A DNA stretch of 64,000 nucleotides from Oscillospiraceae bacterium. Its GTDB lineage: Bacteria; Bacillota; Clostridia; Oscillospirales; SIG627. Shown one piece after another: positions 57,275-64,000 of the stretch. The stretch covers positions 8,282-72,281 of the forward strand of contig SVRV01000009.1 in assembly GCA_015064635.1 (NCBI GenBank). Direction: 5' to 3'. How positions within the stretch are numbered: the stretch's first letter is position 1; every line of letters starts with the position of its first letter. A program made the translations under genes and the position numbers. A model generated the notes under the pieces. It was not told the DNA's origin and did not search any database. It was given only the letters and a program-made list of their open reading frames with translations.

Positions 57275-57955
57275 TCAGTTTGAAATCTCGTCGTTCTGCA
57301 TTACAGTGTTTACGTATTCGATGCCTGCAATTTTGTACATTTCGTCGCAGATGCCGATGTTATTCTTTCTTTCTGCCTGTGTGAGCATTTTTGCTGTTAT
57401 TTCGTAAATGAATTCAATTGATTCACTTGTGGAGTTTTTTACTCTCAAAACGGCGCCGGCTCCGAAGAACTTATACATTACTGCCTGAATTGCTGTTTCT
57501 GCAGTTCTGCCTCCTCGCACGATTACCAGCATACGGTTGTTGTTCTTTATTGCTCCGAAGAGGAGAAGAAGGAGGAAAACAACTCCGCTTCCCATGCCTG
57601 CAACAATATAGTCACCGACACCGCAACAGATACCCACGATTATTGTCCAGAATATGTAGACTGTGTCACGGGAGTCCTTGATAGCCGTTCTGAAACGGAC
57701 GATGGAGAGGGCACCCACCATACCGAGTGAGAGTGCCACGTTATTTCCGATAACCGTCATAACCATAGAGGTAAGTACAGTGAGTATTACCAGCGAAACA
57801 TTGAATTTTCTGCTGTAAATCGTGCCCTTGTGTGATATCATATAGGATATGAATATCAAAAAGCCAAGAATAGCGGCAGCCAGAATATTTGCGGCTATTT
57901 CTTGAAATGTGAGCGCCGATTGGTCTTTTATTAGATTAAAAATCTGATTCTTCAT
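57275..57955 (-). CDS. DUF4956 membrane protein
   Basis: 226 aa, several TM helices plus a soluble C-terminus. The VTC-DUF4956-CotH neighbourhood is typical of the family. Confidence 0.75.
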   Translation of the reverse strand: MKNQIFNLIKDQSALTFQEIAANILAAAILGFLIFISYMISHKGTIYSRKFNVSLVILTVLTSMVMTVIGNNVALSLGMVGALSIVRFRTAIKDSRDTVYIFWTIIVGICCGVGDYIVAGMGSGVVFLLLLLFGAIKNNNRMLVIVRGGRTAETAIQAVMYKFFGAGAVLRVKNSTSESIEFIYEITAKMLTQAERKNNIGICDEMYKIAGIEYVNTVMQNDEISN

Positions 57956-59205
57956 TTTCTCGATTCTCCTGTTTGGTTGTTTATATTAACACCGTTTTTC
58001 GCATCTTTTGCTACGATGTTTTCAAGATAGACACGAATTGGAGTGCCGTCCATTCTGCAAGGTCTGCTCATAAGCATAAGCTGACTTGAAATATCACAGC
58101 CCTTTACAAAATAGTTTCCCGCCGTGCCTCTCGCATCCGCTCCCGCCATCAAAATCTTATATCCGGTGCTTTCAAAAATGATTTTGTCGCTCATATCACT
58201 TCTTTTTGAGTACGGATATGCTACGGTAGTCGGCTTTTTGCCCGTCCATCCTTCAATGCACTTTACGGATAAATCGTAATCGTTTTTAACTGCAGAAGCA
58301 AAGCTTTCGGCGTCTTCGTTTTCCTTCATGCTCATACCCACACGGTTTTCTTTGTCATAAACGTGCAAGCCGTAGGTGTGTGAGCAAATATTTATTTCTC
58401 CGCTTTCGGACATTTCGCAAAGCTCCTCCCAGGTACAATAGGGGGCGGACTGTCCATCTCTTGTTCCGCCGTTGGAAAGGGAATCCCAGGTTGCATCTAT
58501 TTGTGCACCGATTACATTGAAATCCGCTTTCATCCCATGCTTTTTTAAAAGCGGCCACGCATTTGTGTACACACCAAGGGAGCCGTCATCAATTGAAAGA
58601 ATCACTGCTTTTTCGGGAATATCACTTTTTTCTTCCAGAATACTCAGCAGCTCATCGGAGGTTATTGTAGTGTAGCCATTTTCCTTTAACCATACAAGGT
58701 CTTCTTCAAACGCCTCGGGAGTTATGGAATATTCGTCAAATTCAATTCCGCTGTCCACGTCTTCCTCGGTTACAAAATTGTGATACATGATTACACTGAC
58801 AAGCGAAAGCTTATCAGGGTCAGTCACAGCCTCAAAGGAGTGTGAAGTGTAAATCTTGCGGCTTCTTTTGTTGCAGCTTTGAATTTTATAAAAGTAAGTA
58901 TTTGGGAAGCTTACGTCACTGTCACGGAAAGAGCCGCTGTCCGATGTGCCTATGCTCAAAAACTCTCCGTCGGGGGAGCTGCTCCTCAACACCTCATATT
59001 CGTAGCCGTCGGTATACTCCCACATTATCACAACGTTACCGGGGTCCTGCCATACCGCAGTCTCGCCCGTTACCGATTCTTTTGGGTCTGTCTCCATTTT
59101 GTTTTCCGCAGGTGTGTTGTCAGTGGGGGATGGCGCTTGAGTCGTTGCGCACGAACAAAGAGATGCAATAAGCAAAGCTGTTATTAAGAACAAAAATCTT
59201 TTCAT
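57952..59205 (-). CDS. Lipoprotein polysaccharide deacetylase (NodB homology) with an Fn3-like N-domain
   Basis: Lipobox ASLCSCA. SIDDGS (metal/catalytic Asp pair) and later His-containing motifs. Confidence 0.82.
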   Translation of the reverse strand: MKRFLFLITALLIASLCSCATTQAPSPTDNTPAENKMETDPKESVTGETAVWQDPGNVVIMWEYTDGYEYEVLRSSSPDGEFLSIGTSDSGSFRDSDVSFPNTYFYKIQSCNKRSRKIYTSHSFEAVTDPDKLSLVSVIMYHNFVTEEDVDSGIEFDEYSITPEAFEEDLVWLKENGYTTITSDELLSILEEKSDIPEKAVILSIDDGSLGVYTNAWPLLKKHGMKADFNVIGAQIDATWDSLSNGGTRDGQSAPYCTWEELCEMSESGEINICSHTYGLHVYDKENRVGMSMKENEDAESFASAVKNDYDLSVKCIEGWTGKKPTTVAYPYSKRSDMSDKIIFESTGYKILMAGADARGTAGNYFVKGCDISSQLMLMSRPCRMDGTPIRVYLENIVAKDAKNGVNINNQTGESRK

Positions 59206-59212
59206 ATTTCAC

Positions 59213-59905
59213 CTATAATTCCGCATAGCTCTGTTGTCTTGCCAGGGCGTATTTGCTCACCGACAGCTCGCTTTTGTTTATGCTGTTGATAAATTGTCTG
59301 ATATAGTCCAGCAAAAAGCCGTTAAACTTTACCTCAAGCACTACGTTGAACTTATCAAGCACGGGGTACATCACGAGATTTTCGGAAAACAGGTCGAAAT
59401 TTGCTTCGGTTGCCACAATGTTGTTGTCAAAGGTTACTCTTATTTTGTTTTCCTTTGCAATGTATGCCTTTCGGTTGTACTGAACTATGGTTTTGGGACG
59501 GTAGCATTTGCAGTTCATAAGCCCCCAGCATTCTCTCGCAAAATCCTCTTCGTAGTTCAAAAGCACGTCATACCTGCCTTGTATTAAAGCCTCGGCATCT
59601 GCTTTTGGCAGACGAAGTGAGCGTTTCCTTTGGGATGCACCTTGCTTTTGCTTCATTTCAAGCATGGCAAAATTGTGCTTGGGGTCATAAACCCTCAATC
59701 TTATTTTTCGCCTTGTTTCCACACCCTCCAGCTTTTCGAAAAAATCGTCATCGTAAACAGTGTCAAAATACAGTGAGCGTATGCAGTATCCGTCCGCTCC
59801 GTTGTGCTCATCCTGTATCATAAGTCCGTCAAGATAATGAGATTTTGTCCGAAATTCCTCAAGACTTATAAGAAACTTTTTTTCTTCTCTTGTAACTACA
59901 TTCAT
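59213..59905 (-). CDS. VTC-domain (polyphosphate-polymerase-like, CYTH superfamily) protein
   Basis: 230 aa. EKKFLI...IRSLYFDT...RRKIRLRVY...LEMKQK pattern matches bacterial VTC-domain proteins. Confidence 0.82.
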   Translation of the reverse strand: MNVVTREEKKFLISLEEFRTKSHYLDGLMIQDEHNGADGYCIRSLYFDTVYDDDFFEKLEGVETRRKIRLRVYDPKHNFAMLEMKQKQGASQRKRSLRLPKADAEALIQGRYDVLLNYEEDFARECWGLMNCKCYRPKTIVQYNRKAYIAKENKIRVTFDNNIVATEANFDLFSENLVMYPVLDKFNVVLEVKFNGFLLDYIRQFINSINKSELSVSKYALARQQSYAEL

Positions 59906-59916
59906 AATATCTCCCG

Positions 59917-60043
59917 AAAATAAAAAGCCGCAACAATAGGGAGCCTTTTTTCAAGGCCCTCATTATTGCAGCTGGACTGGCATAGTATAAAACCTTAGCC
60001 TCTTGGCTTTGCGTCACCGACTTTCGCCGATTTTGCTAAATAT
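59917..60043 (-). promoter_or_regulatory. c-di-GMP-I (GEMM-I)-like riboswitch: aptamer about 60043-59962, terminator 59969-59917
   Basis: The minus strand reads GCAAAAUCGGCGAAAGUCGGUGACGCAAAGCC. The P1 strand GCAAUAAU is shared with the hairpin GCAAUAAUGAGGGCC/GGCUCCCUAUUGUUGC, which is followed by GGCUUUUUAUUUU. Confidence 0.65.
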
Positions 60044-60061
60044 TAAGTTTTGACTTCGATA

Positions 60062-60090
60062 ATTCTAACACATTTTTATATGTTTGTCAA
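60062..60090 (-). promoter_or_regulatory. SigmaA-type promoter of the riboswitch-led operon
   Basis: On the minus strand: TTGACA (60090-60085), a 17-nt spacer, then TGtTAGAAT (-10 at 60067-60062). The -35 overlaps the stop codon of the GGDEF gene. Confidence 0.6.
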
Positions 60091-62393
60091 AGGTTTTTTG
60101 AAAAAACCCAAAGAGTTTCCTTTGCGGAGTCTTTATCACTGCCAAGATTATACACGCTGAGGACAACGTTTTCTCCGTTGGCTTTTTTATAGGTTACCTT
60201 GGGAACAATGTCTTCGGAGATTTGTCTCTTTATGGTATCGTAGTTCAAAAAGCTTATAACGGCTCTGTGATAATCGGGATCAACCGAATCGTCAACGTAT
60301 TTTGTGAAGAGCATTGAGAAATCGTTCTCATCCTCGTTGTAGCCGAGATAGGATGGCATAAGGATGCGGTGTGCCTTGTCGGTTTCCAGATTTACTCTGT
60401 AAATGCCGTTGTAATGTTCCTTGAGAACGGAAAGCAGGGTATCAATCTCTCTTATTCCCGTCTTGGACATTATGTAGTTTTTCTCGTTGTCACTTGTTAT
60501 ACTTGCTTTTTCCTTGTTCTGGTAATAGCTTGCCTTTGCATCATACATTCTGATTTCGGCTTCTCTTACCAGCTCCTCGGTATTTGTATTCTGTGTTCTG
60601 TGGGAAACACCGATGGCAACATGATAATTCTTGAGAGTGAGCTGCTCTGTGAATAACTCGAGGCAGTGCTTAACAGTTGCTTGCTCTGTGTTGCTCACGA
60701 AAACCAAGAACTCGTCACCGCCCATACGGTAAACCTTTTGGTCAAAGAACAGATTCTTCAGGGCGTTTGCTATGTATATGAGCATTTCGTCGCCTGCAGC
60801 ATGTCCGTAACGGTTGTTCCTGATATGAAGCTCGTTGACGTCAATGTATATGCAGGTGAACAGGGGCGATTTTTCTTCGTCATAGAGAAGAAGGTCTTTT
60901 TTGTAGGCAACACGGTTTAAAGCGCCCGTAAGAGAATCGGTTGTTGCAGCGGTGTAGGTCTTGTTAAGATGGTTTTTATTGTGAATGGCAATAGAGAAGC
61001 AAACGGCGATTTTTTCTACAATACCTTTGGCGCAAATGATATTTTTGGGATTTATCAGTCCCAAAACGCTTACATTGTCATTGTTGGTTTGTGATATTGC
61101 ACTGAATATTACGGATTTTATACCGTGCTTGTTTAAAAAGTCATAGAATTCGGGATTTATTTTGCGAAGATGCTCATCGGGTCTGATGTTTGCTACGGAC
61201 ATTTCGGTCATAGCGGTCGTTTTGAGCTGAATCGCATAACGAAAAATTTCCGACTTGAAGTATTTTCTGTCCTCCTCCGAAAGAATATACTTTTCATTCT
61301 TTGGGGAGGTGTAGTGGTGATCCTCTCCCTCTGTATCAAAAAACATAGCCGAGCAAGCGGAGGAAACGTCCATTACCTTTTTGAGAGAGTTTTTGATGTT
61401 TTCCGGTTTTTCGTTTATTTCAAGGAGCTGTTTTCGTATGTCAGAAGCTTTTTTTGTAATTAACGCGAGAAGCTTTTCGTTTTTAATAATAATGAGGAAA
61501 TAGATAACGATGATTAAAACAATCACAAGAAATGTAAGAGTCAGGAAATTTGTGATTTTATGTGTTTTTGCAAACACTTGGGTTTCGTATCTGGCAAGCA
61601 TAATGCCCCAGTCAAATTCCTCCAAAGTGGAGAAGTGAACGTATAAATCCTCATCTCTGTATATGGATCTGAAGGAGGAATAACCCTTGTCGGAGTTTGC
61701 TATATCCTCGTATGAATAGCCTTCGTTGTACTTTCTTGTTTTAAGCTGTGAGAGCTCTCCCGGGTTTTTGTTTATGGTATCAATTACAAATTTTCCCGTC
61801 TCTTTATCGTACACAAAAAGCTGAGCATCCAGCTCTTTTGCCATATTGTTGTACTTGTTTCCGATGTTTTCAAGGAGAATTACACCATATAGAACACCGA
61901 CAGTCTTACCGTCACTTACAATGGGCACGGAGCTTCGTATAATTTCCTTTCCCTCTCTTGTAAGGTCTTCTACTCTGCCACTTACGTATTCGCCTTTTGC
62001 GACTTCCTCTTCAAAGGAAATCTTACCGTCCAAGTCTATTGAACCCATTTTTGTGACAAAGGTATTGTCGGGATTTAAGACACCTATGTTGGAGAATAGA
62101 CCTATGGGCTCGAAGGATTCGAACATTATATCGTAGCTTTCTCCGTCGGCATACAGCTTTGCGGCAAAATTTGCCATTGTAACAAGGTTCTCACGGTCGG
62201 ATTTAAGCTGAAGAGTAAGGTCATCCTTAATCTGCTTTGTCTGGAGGTGAAGCATCTCATTTGCTTCTTCCTCGGCGTTTTTATAGAAATAGCTTATTAC
62301 CGACAAAAATACTGTGAATATCAAAATCGCTGTGATAACGGTGGAAATAATATTACTTTGTCTGCGGTTTTTCTGCTTATAGGTTGTGGGCAT
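60087..62393 (-). CDS. Sensor diguanylate cyclase (TM - Cache-like extracytoplasmic domain - TM - linker domains - GGDEF)
   Basis: Intact RMGGDEF with upstream D/N metal ligands (IDVNELHIRNNRYGHAAGD). Two TM segments flank a ~250-aa periplasmic-type domain. Confidence 0.88.
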   Translation of the reverse strand: MPTTYKQKNRRQSNIISTVITAILIFTVFLSVISYFYKNAEEEANEMLHLQTKQIKDDLTLQLKSDRENLVTMANFAAKLYADGESYDIMFESFEPIGLFSNIGVLNPDNTFVTKMGSIDLDGKISFEEEVAKGEYVSGRVEDLTREGKEIIRSSVPIVSDGKTVGVLYGVILLENIGNKYNNMAKELDAQLFVYDKETGKFVIDTINKNPGELSQLKTRKYNEGYSYEDIANSDKGYSSFRSIYRDEDLYVHFSTLEEFDWGIMLARYETQVFAKTHKITNFLTLTFLVIVLIIVIYFLIIIKNEKLLALITKKASDIRKQLLEINEKPENIKNSLKKVMDVSSACSAMFFDTEGEDHHYTSPKNEKYILSEEDRKYFKSEIFRYAIQLKTTAMTEMSVANIRPDEHLRKINPEFYDFLNKHGIKSVIFSAISQTNNDNVSVLGLINPKNIICAKGIVEKIAVCFSIAIHNKNHLNKTYTAATTDSLTGALNRVAYKKDLLLYDEEKSPLFTCIYIDVNELHIRNNRYGHAAGDEMLIYIANALKNLFFDQKVYRMGGDEFLVFVSNTEQATVKHCLELFTEQLTLKNYHVAIGVSHRTQNTNTEELVREAEIRMYDAKASYYQNKEKASITSDNEKNYIMSKTGIREIDTLLSVLKEHYNGIYRVNLETDKAHRILMPSYLGYNEDENDFSMLFTKYVDDSVDPDYHRAVISFLNYDTIKRQISEDIVPKVTYKKANGENVVLSVYNLGSDKDSAKETLWVFSKNL

Positions 62394-62559
62394 TTCGTAT
62401 ATATCTTCTTTCTGAAAAAAGTTGATTATTAATATTTGTTTCGCAACTTACATTATATCATATAAGTTTTGTAAAATCAATGCTTTTGTGCATTATATTG
62501 CCAATAAAAGCAAAAAAGAAGACAGCTGCAATGCAACTGCCTTCATTTTTGCTTTTGTT

Positions 62560-63498
62560 TTATTCCATTCCAAGAACGATGGGGTCGCTTGTGGCGATTG
62601 TTTCCCATGTTTCGGCATCTGTTATTGAAAGAACGAATTCAATATTTTCGATGTTTTCAATGCCGTTATCCTCAAGGTCGGATGTAGCAATATCAATTGA
62701 GCCGATAACCTTTTTACCTGCCGAAACGTCTTCATAGAAGAGAGGTTCAATCATAAAGCCGTTCAAAGAGAAGCTGTCTGTACCGAGTGTAACGTTTTTG
62801 TCCGATGTGTTTTCGATGTACAGGCAGATGCTCTTACCGAGAATTGTGTCTTCCATGCCGAGAGTTACAACCTTGATGCCGTTTGCATTGTAAAGCTCTG
62901 TACCCTCTGCTGTGATTTCGGTATCCATTACCTCATATGCGTTTGTTTTTACAGCAACGAGGTCGGAGAGTGCGTATGTATCGTATGTTTCGGGGTCATA
63001 GATTTCAAAAACAAGCTCAATCAGACCGAGAGTCTTGATTCCAACCTTTTCAAGCTCTTCAAAAGAAAGCGTAAGTTCTGCATTTGCTTTCTTGCCTGCC
63101 GCTACGTCTTCGGCGAAGAGGGGGAACATTTCAAAGCCGTTTAAAATCATAGAGTCAACACCAACGGAAATGTTCTTGTCGCTGTTGTTTTCTATGAGAA
63201 GCTTGAGGGTTGTTCCAAAGAGTATATCCTCTGCGAGCCCTTTTGCTGTAATAACAACGCCGTCGTTATCGTAAATGACCTGTTCGTCAACGGTGATTAC
63301 GTCGGGTACTGTGGGCTCTTCAACCTTTTGGTCGGGTGTTTCTTCTTTATTTTCGTCGGGTGTGGTATCGGGTGTTTCTACGGGAGTGTTTTCTGCAGGC
63401 GTTTTTGCTGACTCTTCCTTGTTGTCACCGCAGGATACAAGCCAAAATGCCGCAGTCATAAGGGATAAAACGAGAATTACGGATAAAAGTTTTTTCAT
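62560..63498 (-). CDS. Hypothetical lipoprotein with an internal domain duplication
   Basis: ATG at 63498 follows AAGGAGA. Lipobox LVSCG. Two homologous ~110-aa halves (LLIENNSDKNISVGVDSMILNGF... and LYIENTSDKNVTLGTDSFSLNGF...). Confidence 0.7.
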   Translation of the reverse strand: MKKLLSVILVLSLMTAAFWLVSCGDNKEESAKTPAENTPVETPDTTPDENKEETPDQKVEEPTVPDVITVDEQVIYDNDGVVITAKGLAEDILFGTTLKLLIENNSDKNISVGVDSMILNGFEMFPLFAEDVAAGKKANAELTLSFEELEKVGIKTLGLIELVFEIYDPETYDTYALSDLVAVKTNAYEVMDTEITAEGTELYNANGIKVVTLGMEDTILGKSICLYIENTSDKNVTLGTDSFSLNGFMIEPLFYEDVSAGKKVIGSIDIATSDLEDNGIENIENIEFVLSITDAETWETIATSDPIVLGME

Positions 63499-63565
63499 AA
63501 TGATTCTCCTTGTATTATTTTGATACTTCAATAATACACCTTTTTGTTCTAAAAGTCAATAGAGA

Positions 63566-64000
63566 TTATTCTATCACAGTCGACCAATCTTCATCCCAAG
63601 GGTATTTCATACGAAGCACCTTACCGCCACGCTTTGCAGATTCCTCGGCGTAAATACCGGGAAGTGTCATTGCAAGACCTGCACGAAGGTCAATGGGGGC
63701 GGGCTTACCGTTAAGCACTGCATCAAAGAAAATATCCAGCATTGCATAGTCCATACCGCCGTGACCGTTGGGGCCTGTGGCTTTTGGATTGTTTGCATAT
63801 GCGGGAGGCATATTTTCACCGCTGATTTCTTTAAGGCTTGTGTCAAGCTCCTTCATGGAATTGTAACGGATTACGGGCTTGTCGAATCTGTTTTGCATTT
63901 CAATATAGCCCTCCGTGCCAAACACTCGGTAGTTGTGGTGTCCTATCTTTGCTCGGCATCTTCCGTTACGCATGAGTCGGATAATAACGCCAGAATCGGT
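63566..64000 (-). CDS. Gfo/Idh/MocA-family oxidoreductase, C-terminal part (5' end off-window)
   Basis: The frame stays open to the window edge. The C-terminal domain pattern HGGMDYAMLDIFFDAVLNGKPAP is typical of GH109-like Gfo/Idh/MocA proteins. Confidence 0.7.
   Translation of the reverse strand, partial: TDSGVIIRLMRNGRCRAKIGHHNYRVFGTEGYIEMQNRFDKPVIRYNSMKELDTSLKEISGENMPPAYANNPKATGPNGHGGMDYAMLDIFFDAVLNGKPAPIDLRAGLAMTLPGIYAEESAKRGGKVLRMKYPWDEDWSTVIE

Overview
Chromosomal origin region of a Bacillota (Clostridia-like) genome, called from gene content alone. No database search was possible.

Layout, left to right:
- 1-2.4 kb: a truncated RHS/YD-repeat gene, then three small membrane-protein cassettes. 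Each cassette is preceded by a copy of the same YD-repeat junction.
- 2.6-13.5 kb: dnaA-dnaN-recF-DUF370-gyrB-gyrA. DnaA-box clusters sit in the dnaA-dnaN spacer and, unusually, in the gyrB-gyrA spacer. A PPTase, a YycJ-like MBL hydrolase and rlmH follow.
- 13.5-19.4 kb: an AraC-linked sugar locus with three tandem Gfo/Idh/MocA paralogues and a xylose-isomerase-like TIM-barrel gene, separated by repeat-laden spacers.
- From 19.5 kb almost everything is on the minus strand: glyQS, a chimeric LRR+SBP lipoprotein, GH28, a DUF4143 AAA ATPase cassette bracketed by identical 46-bp hairpin repeats, a split TauE/SafE pair, an MBL hydrolase, a radical SAM gene, T-box(Cys)-cysE-cysS, an M16 peptidase, pgsA, rimO, recX, recA, prmC, DUF1385, an M20 peptidase and rplS.
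- 44.5-47.9 kb: tRNA-Leu(UAG) carries a ~2.9-kb integrase-less restriction-modification island bounded by ~150-bp direct repeats that contain copies of the tRNA 3' end. A Fic gene lies next to it.

Most interesting is 49.2-62.4 kb. A sigmaA promoter, a GEMM-I-like c-di-GMP riboswitch and a terminator lead an 8-gene operon: VTC, polysaccharide deacetylase, DUF4956, CotH, a TIM-barrel glycosidase-like protein, a HEAT protein, a processive GT2 and a degenerate-GGDEF/EAL protein. A sensor GGDEF cyclase lies directly upstream.

CDS coordinates follow the supplied ORF track, with some starts re-chosen at ATG+RBS. Hand-derived coordinates of non-ORF features may be off by 1-2 nt.
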